From a bacterium UBP18_UBA7526 (GTDB lineage Bacteria; UBP18; UBA7526), in assembly GCA_002478245.1 (NCBI GenBank), contig DLMW01000026.1, positions 1 to 26,304 on the forward strand: 26,304 nt of DNA, written 5' to 3'. The notes beneath the pieces are model-generated. The model was not told where the DNA came from and made no database searches. It was given only the letters and a program-made list of their open reading frames with translations. This document shows, piece after piece, positions 8,707 to 17,510 of the stretch. Within the stretch, counting starts at the first letter, position 1, and the number at the start of each line of letters is the position of its first letter. The translations under genes were made by a program, and so were the position numbers.

Positions 8707-8821
8707 AGTGAACAGTAATAATTGGTTTATGGTGAAAAACGGTAAATCCCCTTAGAAAACTCAAAGAGGAGCACCCTTAATTAAAGATATATGCGAAGTA
8801 GGGATAGTAACGCTGTTCACT
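8707..8821 (+). repeat. 108-bp dispersed repeat, copy 2, closed by a 9-bp inverted repeat
   Basis: 8707-8813 matches 4640-4747; agtgaacag (8707-8715) / ctgttcact (8813-8821), followed by a second unit ctgtcta. Confidence 0.97.
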
Positions 8822-8833
8822 GTCTACCGTGTT

Positions 8834-9316
8834 TCACTTGCTACCCCTGGGTAGGGCGATCCTTCCGGTGCGGCTTAAGGTCTTTAGGCCCAGGGGTCGC
8901 AAAAGGTCTAAGATCGTCTTTATCCTATCCTCTTCTCCTACGATCTCGATGGTTATCGTCTTCTCACCCACATCTGCAATCCTGGCCTCAGGAAAGCTAT
9001 TGACAATCTGTAGGATCTGGGGTTTTGTTCCCTTTGTTAAAGAGACTTTGACTAATAATAGTTCTCTGGTAATGGGCTTCTCACCCACGAAGTCAGCGAC
9101 CTTGATGACGTCGATTAACTTATGGAGCTGTTTCGTTACCTGCTCCAGGATCCTATCATCTCCTTCAACCACTAAGGTCATCCTTGAGGTATCGGGGTTC
9201 TCTGTCTCACCCACTGCCAAACTCTCGATATTGAATCCCCGCGCACTGAATAGCCCAGAGATCCTTGCTAAGACCCCTGGCTTATTCTCTACCAGAACAT
9301 TAATGATATGCTTCAT
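8834..9316 (-). CDS. ilvN: Acetolactate synthase small regulatory subunit
   Basis: VENKPGVLARISGLFSARGFNIESLAVG ACT domain; KQLHKLIDVIKV; RTG. Confidence 0.96.
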   Translation of the reverse strand: MKHIINVLVENKPGVLARISGLFSARGFNIESLAVGETENPDTSRMTLVVEGDDRILEQVTKQLHKLIDVIKVADFVGEKPITRELLLVKVSLTKGTKPQILQIVNSFPEARIADVGEKTITIEIVGEEDRIKTILDLLRPLGLKTLSRTGRIALPRGSK

Positions 9317-9330
9317 TTCTCCCCTCCGGG

Positions 9331-9347
9331 ACGCGAATTATTCGCGT
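9331..9347. repeat. Perfect palindrome ACGCGAA-TTA-TTCGCGT
   Basis: Immediately after the ilvB stop and upstream of the ilvN SD. Confidence 0.85.
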
Positions 9348-11021
9348 TTAAGCCAAGCCTCTGAGCATCTCAGTAAGTGGGGCTCCCGCAGGAACCATGG
9401 GGAAGACATTCTCTTCGGGCTCGATGAGAAAATCGAGAACCACCGGCTTATCGATAGAGATCGCTTTCTTCAAAGCAGGAACGACTTCTTCCTCCTTCTC
9501 CACCTTGATGCCCACTGCTCCGTAAGCCTCGGCCACCTTGACAAAGTCGGGATTCCCGGCCAGAGAGACGGCAGAGTATCTCTTCTTATAGAAGAGCTCC
9601 TGCCACTGTCTGACCAATCCCAGATAACCGTTGTTCATAATGGCTACCTTAACTGGTATCTTATTATGGACGCAGGTAGCCAGTTCCTGGATATTCATCT
9701 GAAAGGAACCATCCCCAGCAATATCAAAGACCATTCTGTCTGGACAGCCTACCTTAGCCCCGATGGAAGCGGGAAAGCCATAGCCCATGGTCCCCAATCC
9801 ACCAGAGGATAGGAAGGTCCGGGGCTTGGTATACTGATAGTACTGGGCAGCCCACATCTGGTTCTGACCCACCTCAGTAGCGATGATGGCCTCTCCCTTG
9901 GTCACCTCATAGATCTTCTCCACAACATACTGAGGCTTCAACTTTCCGTTCCTTTTATAGGTTAGGGGATGGTTCTTCTTCCATTCTCCAATCTGCTTCA
10001 GCCATCCAGATATCGCAGGCTTTTTGACGATCTTATTGAGCTCCCGCAAGACGTTCTTCACATCTCCCACAATGGGGATATCTACCTGGACATTCTTGGC
10101 AATGGCGCTGGGATCGATGTCGATATGAATGATCTTGGCCTCAGGAGCAAACTTATCCAAACTTCCCGTAACCCGATCATCGAAACGGGCGCCGATGGCG
10201 ATGATGAGATCACAGTCCATGATGGCGTAGTTGGCGTACTCTGTTCCGTGCATCCCCAGCATCCCTAAGGATAGGGGAGAGTTTTCAGGGAAAGCACCCA
10301 GGGCCATCAAGGTAGTGGCTACCGGGATACTCGTCTTCTCTACTAACTGGATGAGTTCCTTACTCGCCCCGGATATTATCACCCCTCCTCCGGCATAGAT
10401 AACAGGTCTGGTTGCCTTGGATATCATCTGGACGGCCTTCTTAATCTGTCCCGGATGGCCAAAGTAGGTGGGTTTATATCCGCGGATCTCAACCTCTCTA
10501 GGAAACTCGGCCTCCGTCTCTTTAATCTGGACATCCTTGGGAAGGTCAATCAATACTGGACCAGGACGACCGGTAGAAGCGATATGGAAGGCCTCCTTCA
10601 CTGTCCTTGCCAGGTCCTTAACATCCTTAACCAGGAAGTTATGCTTCGTGATCGGCCTGGTAATTCCTGTAACATCCGCCTCCTGGAAGGCATCGTTCCC
10701 TACCAGATAGGTGGGAACCTGACCAGTGATGGCCACAATGGGAATGGAGTCCATATGGGCAGTAGCGATGCCTGTAGTCAGGTTCGTCGCCCCTGGACCA
10801 GAGGTTGCCATGCAGACCCCTACCCTGCCTGTTGCCCGGGCATAGCCATCCGCCATATGGGCTGCTCCCTGCTCATGCCTGGTAAGGATAAACCTTATCG
10901 GGGCATCATAGAGGACATCGAATACCGGAAGGATGGCTCCTCCAGAGATACCGAATATTACCTCTACCTTCTCCCTTATCAGACTCTCGACTAAGATCTT
11001 GGCGCCGATCATCTTGGCCAT
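9348..11021 (-). CDS. ilvB: Acetolactate synthase large subunit, biosynthetic type
   Basis: [36 protein letters not shown] ThDP motif. Start moved to ATG 11021 because GGAGGAGG lies just upstream. Confidence 0.96.
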   Translation of the reverse strand: MAKMIGAKILVESLIREKVEVIFGISGGAILPVFDVLYDAPIRFILTRHEQGAAHMADGYARATGRVGVCMATSGPGATNLTTGIATAHMDSIPIVAITGQVPTYLVGNDAFQEADVTGITRPITKHNFLVKDVKDLARTVKEAFHIASTGRPGPVLIDLPKDVQIKETEAEFPREVEIRGYKPTYFGHPGQIKKAVQMISKATRPVIYAGGGVIISGASKELIQLVEKTSIPVATTLMALGAFPENSPLSLGMLGMHGTEYANYAIMDCDLIIAIGARFDDRVTGSLDKFAPEAKIIHIDIDPSAIAKNVQVDIPIVGDVKNVLRELNKIVKKPAISGWLKQIGEWKKNHPLTYKRNGKLKPQYVVEKIYEVTKGEAIIATEVGQNQMWAAQYYQYTKPRTFLSSGGLGTMGYGFPASIGAKVGCPDRMVFDIAGDGSFQMNIQELATCVHNKIPVKVAIMNNGYLGLVRQWQELFYKKRYSAVSLAGNPDFVKVAEAYGAVGIKVEKEEEVVPALKKAISIDKPVVLDFLIEPEENVFPMVPAGAPLTEMLRGLA

Positions 11022-11056
11022 TATTCCCTCCTCCAATAAAAAGTAACATTTTGCAT

Positions 11057-12715
11057 TTATTTAAGGATGGCTCCCTTATCTGCGGAACTTACCAACTGGG
11101 CATATCTGGCTAAATATCCCTTCTTAATCTTGGGCTCCGGAGCCCTCCATTGGGAAAGCCTTTCTCTTATCTCTTCTTCACTCAACTCTATATCTATTCT
11201 CTTATTGGGGATATCGATACTTATTAAGTCTCCGTCTTTGGCTATGGCTATCGGTCCTCCACTTGCTGCCTCGGGTGAGATATGACCAATGCAAGGACCC
11301 CTGGTTCCACCAGAGAACCTCCCATCTGTAATGAGGGCAACATCCTTCTCCAGGCCCATGCCGCAGACCGCGGAGGTGGGGGTGAGCATCTCCCTCATCC
11401 CTGGCCCCCCTTTGGGACCCTCATATCTAATGACGATTACCTCATCCTTCTTTATCCTTCCTCCCAAGATGGCTTCCACTGCTCCCTCTTCAGAATCGAA
11501 GACCCGCGCTTTCCCTCTATGCTTAAGCATCTCTTTAGAGACCGCCACCTGCTTAACCACCCCGCCATCTGGAGCCAGGTTTCCTCTCAATATTGCGATC
11601 CCTCCCTCTCTATGAAGGGGGTTTTCAAGGCTTTTTATGATCTCCTTTCTCTTTATCTCTGCTTCTTTGATATTCTCCCCTATTCTACTCCCAGTAACGG
11701 TCAACTCATTGAGGTTCAGAAGGTTCTTTTTTGCTAACTCGTTCATAAGAGCCGGTATCCCTCCTGCCTCATCCAGGTCCTGCATATGATATTTCCCAGA
11801 AGGAGCAACATCACATAAATGAGGAGTACGGGCACTAATCTGGTTAAAGAGTTCCAAATCCAGTTCTATTCCGCACTCCTGAGCAATGGCCGGAAGGTGC
11901 AAGACAGTATTTGAGGAACAGCCCAGGGCCATATCAACAGTAATGGCATTCTCAAAGGCTTTTCTAGTCATGATCTGTGAGGGTCTGATATCTTCTTTGA
12001 CGAGTTCCAGGATTCTTTTCCCAGCGAGTCTCGCCAGTTCCCTTCTCTTCAGAGAGACGGCCAGAATAGTCCCATTCCCAGGAAGAGCCATACCCAAGGC
12101 CTCGGAGAGGCAGTTCATGCTGTTGGCGGTAAATATCCCCGCACAGCATCCCTCTCCCGGACAGGCAAGGTCTTCTAACTCCTTCAACTCTTCCTCAGTC
12201 ATCTTGCCGATGGCTACTTTACCTACCCCCTCAAAGACATCTATGAGGTCCACATCCTCCCCCCTGTACTTACCAGCGAGCATCGGGCCACCCGAGACGA
12301 TTAGGGAGGGGATATTTAATCGGGCAGCAGCCATGAGCATCCCCGGGGTGATCTTATCACAGTTAGTGAGTAGTACTAATCCATCGAAGGGATGGGCTTG
12401 AGCCATGCTCTCTATGGAATCAGCGATGAGCTCCCGGGAGGCAAGAGAGTACTTCATCCCCGGGTGGTTCATGGCGATGCCATCGCAGATCCCAATGGTT
12501 CCAAACTCCAAGGGTGTTCCCCCAGCCTCCCTTACCCCTCTCTCTATCTCCTTGGCCAACTCATCGAGATGGATGTGGCCCGGGACGATCTCATTGGCTG
12601 AATTGGCGATGCCGATAATGGGTTGGGCGATGTCTTTATCCTTCAAGCCCAGGGCCTTCATGAGGGACCTGTGGGGCGCCTTCTCATACCCTTTCTTCAT
12701 GATATCGCTTCTCAT
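11057..12715 (-). CDS. ilvD: Dihydroxy-acid dehydratase
   Basis: [41 protein letters not shown]. Confidence 0.97.
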   Translation of the reverse strand: MRSDIMKKGYEKAPHRSLMKALGLKDKDIAQPIIGIANSANEIVPGHIHLDELAKEIERGVREAGGTPLEFGTIGICDGIAMNHPGMKYSLASRELIADSIESMAQAHPFDGLVLLTNCDKITPGMLMAAARLNIPSLIVSGGPMLAGKYRGEDVDLIDVFEGVGKVAIGKMTEEELKELEDLACPGEGCCAGIFTANSMNCLSEALGMALPGNGTILAVSLKRRELARLAGKRILELVKEDIRPSQIMTRKAFENAITVDMALGCSSNTVLHLPAIAQECGIELDLELFNQISARTPHLCDVAPSGKYHMQDLDEAGGIPALMNELAKKNLLNLNELTVTGSRIGENIKEAEIKRKEIIKSLENPLHREGGIAILRGNLAPDGGVVKQVAVSKEMLKHRGKARVFDSEEGAVEAILGGRIKKDEVIVIRYEGPKGGPGMREMLTPTSAVCGMGLEKDVALITDGRFSGGTRGPCIGHISPEAASGGPIAIAKDGDLISIDIPNKRIDIELSEEEIRERLSQWRAPEPKIKKGYLARYAQLVSSADKGAILK

Positions 12716-12744
12716 CTCTTAGCTCTCAATTAGGATGATTATTC

Positions 12745-12773
12745 AGTATAGTCTATAAACCTTTTTTTGTCAA
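12745..12773 (-). promoter_or_regulatory. Near-consensus sigma70 promoter for the ilv-leu operon
   Basis: TTGACA (12773-12768)-17 bp-TATACT (12750-12745), overlapping the end of rimI. Confidence 0.8.
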
Positions 12774-13217
12774 ATTTTTCTTCCCCATGATTAGGGCATC
12801 CTCACCTGTGTCGCTATAATATCCCCTTCGGATACCCCTGACCTCAAAGCCAAACTTCTTATACAAACTCTGAGCCGCTAAATTGGATGGCCTTACTTCT
12901 AAAGTAGCCTCTTTCGCCCCTTTTGATACTGCTAACTTCAGAAGGAACCTTATGAGCCTCTCCCCAATCTTCCTTTTCCGATAATCGGGATGGACCGCCA
13001 GGTTAGTGATATGTGCCTCATCGAATATGAGCCAGAATCCGGCATAGCCCACCACCCTTCCTTCGCTCTTAGCAACTAAGAAGCGGGAAGAATCCCTCTG
13101 TCCTAGCTCTGTCAGGAAGGCCTCCCGCGACCAGGGGGAGGGAAAGGAGAGCTCCTCAATCTCCAGGATCTGGTCGATATCCTCTTTTCTCATGTCCTCA
13201 ATAGTAATGGGAATCAA
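12753..13217 (-). CDS. rimI: Ribosomal protein S18 alanine N-acetyltransferase
   Basis: FPSPWS, EAHITNLAVHPDYR, LEVRPSN, RGYY...EDALIM; follows tsaB. Confidence 0.92.
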   Translation of the reverse strand: MIPITIEDMRKEDIDQILEIEELSFPSPWSREAFLTELGQRDSSRFLVAKSEGRVVGYAGFWLIFDEAHITNLAVHPDYRKRKIGERLIRFLLKLAVSKGAKEATLEVRPSNLAAQSLYKKFGFEVRGIRRGYYSDTGEDALIMGKKNLTKKGL

Positions 13218-13226
13218 GTTAGCTCC

Positions 13227-13910
13227 TCACTTCCCCACTGGCGCTCGAACATAAATAGGTCTTAAGGAAAGTAGCTCTGTCTTTCTACTTCTCTTTAGTT
13301 TCTTCAACCCCAACTCTGCGATGGATGAAGCATCCGGCAATCTCCGTGCCTTAGGAGCAAGGATTGCCCTCTTCCCTAATCTCTTCTTTATCAAATCCCC
13401 ATAGACCTCTATCCCATCCCCCAAAAAAACGATCCTTAACCCTTGACCCTTGACCCTTAACCCTATCTTCTTTAATAACTCACCTGGTTCACAAGCCATA
13501 TACCTGGTAAGTCTCTTTCCATTCTTATACAAAGCAGTATAGACCTCTCCCTTTCGCGCATCCAGAATGGGACAGACTAAATCCTGACAATTAAAGAGCT
13601 TGAAGGCCAGACCGTCCAAGGTTGGTATCCCAACAATTGGGATATTCAATCCCTGGGCCAATCCCTTGGCCGTAGCGATCCCAATGCGTAACCCAGTGAA
13701 GGAGCCTGGTCCCAGGGAGACGGCGATTCCATCCAGATCTTTAATGGTCAAAGAGGCATCCTTTAGTATCCTATCTATAGCAGGCATTAGCCTTGAGGTA
13801 TGGGTCTCTCTCAAGTTTAGAGTATATTCTGCGATCAACCCTTTCTCATTCATCAGAGCCACAGAGCCGGTCATAGTAGAGGTTTCAATCCCTAAGATTA
13901 GCATAGTCAA
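13227..13910 (-). CDS. tsaB: t6A biosynthesis protein TsaB (start may be ATG 13904)
   Basis: LGIETST, VSLGPGSFTGLRIG, DARKGEVY, PIYVR. Confidence 0.95.
   Translation of the reverse strand: MTMLILGIETSTMTGSVALMNEKGLIAEYTLNLRETHTSRLMPAIDRILKDASLTIKDLDGIAVSLGPGSFTGLRIGIATAKGLAQGLNIPIVGIPTLDGLAFKLFNCQDLVCPILDARKGEVYTALYKNGKRLTRYMACEPGELLKKIGLRVKGQGLRIVFLGDGIEVYGDLIKKRLGKRAILAPKARRLPDASSIAELGLKKLKRSRKTELLSLRPIYVRAPVGK
13434..13464. repeat. Heptamer tandem array inside tsaB
   Basis: ccttaac ccttgac ccttgac ccttaac cct, translated within IGLRVKGQGLRI. Confidence 0.88.
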
Positions 13911-13959
13911 ATCCGTCAGCCGGTCTGCCTGTTGAATAGAAAGGTAGCGGGGTTAGACC

Positions 13960-14436
13960 CTAACATTTTATCCTCTTTACAATTTCTTGACAGTGCTTCC
14001 CTTTCGGGATAAGTTCTACCCTTCTTCTCTTCTCAGCAATAATTTCCAGATTTATGATCATGACCTCTTGGGGCAAAAGTTTTCTTACCTTCTCCGCCCA
14101 TTCAATAATGGTTACCCCTTCTCCATAGAAGTATTCCTCATAACCTAAATCATAGACCTCCCTGAGATTATCTATTCGGTAGAGATCGATATGATAGACG
14201 GGTAATTTCCCCTTATATTCCTTAATCAGGGTAAAGGAAGGACTGGTGACATAATCCCTCTTCTTTACTCCCAAACCCCTTGCTAACCCTTGGGCCAGGG
14301 TCGTCTTCCCGCTCCCCAATTTCCCAATCAGGGCAACCACGTCTCCTAGGCGAAGCAATTTACCTATCCTCTTTCCTAAATCTATCGTCTCTTCAGCACT
14401 TCTCGTCTCTAAGTCTAACGTTCTTTTCCTCTTCAT
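13960..14436 (-). CDS. tsaE: t6A biosynthesis ATPase TsaE
   Basis: GKLGSGKTT P-loop, VTSPSFTL, YHIDLYR, IIEWAE. Confidence 0.96.
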   Translation of the reverse strand: MKRKRTLDLETRSAEETIDLGKRIGKLLRLGDVVALIGKLGSGKTTLAQGLARGLGVKKRDYVTSPSFTLIKEYKGKLPVYHIDLYRIDNLREVYDLGYEEYFYGEGVTIIEWAEKVRKLLPQEVMIINLEIIAEKRRRVELIPKGKHCQEIVKRIKC

Positions 14437-14497
14437 TTTCCCAATCTGGATAGAACAAGACTCGGGCGTATCGTAGAGAGCCTTTTATAAAGACCCA

Positions 14498-15172
14498 TTA
14501 CATTTCAAATAGGTTTTCTTCTAAACCGACATTAATCTCGATATCTTCGTAGTTGCTTGAGCGGATAAGCTGATTATTTATGTCGTAGTGCTCATATTTT
14601 ATGGGAACCTTTAGCTCCTTATCCACCCAGATCCTCTCATAGGCTATCCCTTGTGTCTCTTGGGGCTCTTTGGATCTCATCTCAAGCAATATGGTTTCTC
14701 TTTCTCCCACCATTTCTCTACCTATTATCTGGAATGAACCTTCTTTTAGATACGGAAGATGATAATCGATGAACTCCCCCCAATCGGATTGATCGATCCC
14801 GTAGCCCCTTAAGTCGCACACCCTTTTATGTCGGGGATGGAAGGTAAGGGTGAAACGGGAGAGGAAACCTCTACCCGGTCTTACATACACCTTCCCCTCT
14901 CTATAGATTAGCACGGTTCCTTTATCCTTCTCAGAGATGACCTCCATCCTGATCTTCTTCGGTTTCTTGAAGAAGTATCTAAAGGTATATTCTTCGTTCT
15001 TGTCTCCCTTTGCTACAAAGCTCACATAGGTGCACTGGTAGTCGCTAATCTCTTTAAATCTTTCCTTTATCTCCCAGAATAATTCATTTCCTGTCAAGGG
15101 ATAGACTGAGAGAGAAAGAAAGACTAATGAAGCAATTACTGACCAGATAATTCCTCCTGACTTTCTACCCAT
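14498..15172 (-). CDS. Exported LolA-like (lipoprotein-sorting fold) protein
   Basis: N-terminal hydrophobic signal/anchor; FKKPKKIRMEV, IWVDKELKVPIKYE, YEDIEINVGL...F pattern typical of LolA-like proteins. Confidence 0.65.
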   Translation of the reverse strand: MGRKSGGIIWSVIASLVFLSLSVYPLTGNELFWEIKERFKEISDYQCTYVSFVAKGDKNEEYTFRYFFKKPKKIRMEVISEKDKGTVLIYREGKVYVRPGRGFLSRFTLTFHPRHKRVCDLRGYGIDQSDWGEFIDYHLPYLKEGSFQIIGREMVGERETILLEMRSKEPQETQGIAYERIWVDKELKVPIKYEHYDINNQLIRSSNYEDIEINVGLEENLFEM

Positions 15173-15178
15173 AACTTC

Positions 15179-16309
15179 TTAAGCCCAGACTCGGCCCAGA
15201 AGGCTGGGCTTTAGTTTGACTGCGCCATTGGGGCAGAGCTCATGACAGCAGAAACATTCTATACATTTTCTATAGTCAATCTTAGGGTAATTCTTTTCCA
15301 TCGTGATCGCAGCTACAGGACAGCCCTCTAGGCAGACTTCGCAGGCCTCACACTTCCTTTTATCAATGATCGGCCTCACCCTCATGGCCCGAGTAACGAT
15401 CTTCACCAAGAACTTGGGCGCCCTCTGGGCAATGGTTCCCACCGGAAGGCGAAAGTCCTTAACCTCTACTCTCTCTAAGGACTCCCCCACCACCTCAATC
15501 TTCCTCAGGTCCCCTACTCCTAAGTTCCTTCTCACCGCAGCCTTTGTGGTCGGGATAGCTAAGGGCTGAAGCCCTACCAATAGAGCAAAGACGACATCTA
15601 GGGAGACAGGATCTAAACTGGCTAGGATAAGCCCGATATTCCTCAAATGGCCATAGGCTGGGCCATCCCCCTCCATTCCCACGACCCCATCCATTATGGT
15701 TAGATCCGGCTTTACTACGCTCAGGATGTCGCAGAGGATGTCCCCAAGCTCCTCAGACTTCGGTGCCCGCCTATGAAACTCGCTCTTCCTCATCCCAGGG
15801 ATGACCCCAAATAGGTTCTTGACCGCTCCTGTCAGGGTAGTATCCCCATGGGTCTTCCATTTCGGTAGATTTATGAGAACATCTGCCTCAAGAGCGGGCC
15901 GGGCGATGTGGAGACTCTTGAAGAACTTAGAATCTGGGGTGGGAACCTCAACAATCCCTTCCTTATGGAAGTGGATCATCTGGGCCCCGGCCTCTAAGGC
16001 TGCCTCCTGGATGCCCGATATCCGGTAGACCTCCTCCACCCTATCAAAAGGTGCTCCCGGGCTATCCCCAACCAGGGGGATCCCACCTACTTCTTTCACT
16101 AATTTAATGGTTGCTTTAACGACTGAGGGATGGGTACATACCCCCTCCTCTGGGGGATGGGCAGAGAGCATATTGGGCTTTATCAAGACCCTATCGCCCC
16201 TCTTAACTATTTTCTTTAGGTCACAGACCAGCTCAACGCTTCTTCTAGCTGCTTTGTCTACCTTATCTTGTTCATAACCTCTACATCTGACGATCGATAC
16301 CTTGGTCAA
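15179..16309 (-). CDS. DUF362 domain protein with C-terminal 2x[4Fe-4S] domain
   Basis: VLIKPN, THP, INLPKWKTH, TGAVKNLFG, DGVVGMEGDGP; CEACEVCLEGCP and CIECFCCHELCP. Confidence 0.9.
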   Translation of the reverse strand: MTKVSIVRCRGYEQDKVDKAARRSVELVCDLKKIVKRGDRVLIKPNMLSAHPPEEGVCTHPSVVKATIKLVKEVGGIPLVGDSPGAPFDRVEEVYRISGIQEAALEAGAQMIHFHKEGIVEVPTPDSKFFKSLHIARPALEADVLINLPKWKTHGDTTLTGAVKNLFGVIPGMRKSEFHRRAPKSEELGDILCDILSVVKPDLTIMDGVVGMEGDGPAYGHLRNIGLILASLDPVSLDVVFALLVGLQPLAIPTTKAAVRRNLGVGDLRKIEVVGESLERVEVKDFRLPVGTIAQRAPKFLVKIVTRAMRVRPIIDKRKCEACEVCLEGCPVAAITMEKNYPKIDYRKCIECFCCHELCPNGAVKLKPSLLGRVWA

Positions 16310-17025
16310 TAGCTCTCTCCAATGATGAGGCGCAGGAGGTTGGGGTGGGTAAGATGCCTCCCCCCTGCTCCATAACCTATCCTCTCTATTCTCATCCTAG
16401 GCATCCTGCCGAAGGAGGAGGCTAAGGTGGAGATGATGGCTGCTCCAGTAGGGGTGACCAGCTCCTCTTTGACCCCTTTTCCATAGACCGGGATATTCTT
16501 CAACAGTTCCAGAGTGGCTGGAGCAGGAAGGGGAAGGATACCGTGACCACATCTGATAAACCCTTTCCCTAAGGGTAAGGGTGAGGAGTAGATCCTCTCT
16601 ATCTCTAGTTCCGCAATCCCCACTACGGCTCCCACGATATCGATGATGGCATCCGTTGCTCCCACTTCGTGAAAGCGAACCTCCTCTATTGAGGTACCAT
16701 GAACCTTGGCCTCTGCCCGAGCAAGATTGAAGAAGATGGCGGCGCTCAATATCTTAACCTTATCCTCTAAGGTACTCTTCTCTATTAAAGTGGTGATCTC
16801 TCTTAAGTCTCTCCGCATTCTCTCCTTCTCCTTTGTCACTACCTCTATCCTGGTCGCTGAGATGAGTCCCTTCTTAATTTTTCTCTTCTCAATCCGGAAG
16901 CCTTCGAGCCCCAACTTCTCCAATTCTTCCTCGAGTCTCTCAATCCTCAGTCCACTATCAACCAGAGCGCCTAGGATCATGTCCCCACAGATACCTGAAA
17001 ATGAGTCGAAGTAGGCGATGCGCAT
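16306..17025 (-). CDS. larC: LarC-family nickel insertion protein, N-terminal domain only
   Basis: YFDSFSGICGDMILGAL, FHEVGATDAIIDIVG, HGILPLPAPAT, ELVTPTGAA, GYGAG; ends at NLLRLIIG after 239 aa. Confidence 0.85.
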   Translation of the reverse strand: MRIAYFDSFSGICGDMILGALVDSGLRIERLEEELEKLGLEGFRIEKRKIKKGLISATRIEVVTKEKERMRRDLREITTLIEKSTLEDKVKILSAAIFFNLARAEAKVHGTSIEEVRFHEVGATDAIIDIVGAVVGIAELEIERIYSSPLPLGKGFIRCGHGILPLPAPATLELLKNIPVYGKGVKEELVTPTGAAIISTLASSFGRMPRMRIERIGYGAGGRHLTHPNLLRLIIGESY

Positions 17026-17486
17026 CAGGCCTCTCCCTTGGCGATAGCCCTCACCACATCTGCCTTGCCTACAATGCCTACAATCCTATCCTTCTCCATC
17101 ACAGGTAGCAGATACTTTCTCTCTGTGGACATGAGAGTTGCGATATCCTCGATATAGGTATCTGGTTTTATGGTGACTACCTCTTTGGTCATGACCTCAG
17201 AGACCTTCTGTCCCAGGATCCTATCCATCTCCTCTTCAAACCTCTTAGGACTCTCCAAATAGATTACTCCTTCCAAAAGCTGGACTACAGTAGGGATATG
17301 GACCTTCTTGTCCCTAATGATTAAGTCTGCCTCAGTTATGATCCCCCTCAATCTATTATTCTCATCCACTACTGGTGCGCCGCTTATCCTGTGCTCTACC
17401 AGAAACTTCGCCACCTCCTCTATTGTCATATCCTCTCTTACTGTCAAGACCTCCTTAGTCATGATATCCTTTGCCTGCACAACCAT
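17025..17486 (-). CDS. Tandem CBS domain protein
   Basis: AKDIMTKEV...ISGAPVVD...GIITEADL and VSEVMTKEV...LPVM...GIV. Confidence 0.9.
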   Translation of the reverse strand: MVVQAKDIMTKEVLTVREDMTIEEVAKFLVEHRISGAPVVDENNRLRGIITEADLIIRDKKVHIPTVVQLLEGVIYLESPKRFEEEMDRILGQKVSEVMTKEVVTIKPDTYIEDIATLMSTERKYLLPVMEKDRIVGIVGKADVVRAIAKGEA

Positions 17487-17510
17487 CGGCGCACCCCCTC
17501 ATTAAAGCGT

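Noticed and set aside
4640-8821. CRISPR array or IS element interpretation of the repeats
   Set aside because: Only two copies 4 kb apart, no repeat-spacer periodicity, no cas or transposase gene, and no clear target-site duplication.
13911-13959. ggtagcggggtta (13943-13955) resembling the 3' end of a c-di-GMP-I riboswitch, and ccgtcagc resembling the c-di-AMP riboswitch
   Set aside because: Antisense to the flanking genes; the P1/GAAA and other core motifs are missing or out of order.
12753-14436. tsaE-tsaB-rimI without tsaD
   Set aside because: tsaD is often encoded elsewhere; its absence from one window is uninformative.
16200-16330. Programmed frameshift extending LarC into a C-terminal domain
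   Set aside because: The downstream sequence is occupied by the conserved DUF362 N-terminus; I saw no LarC2-like frame.
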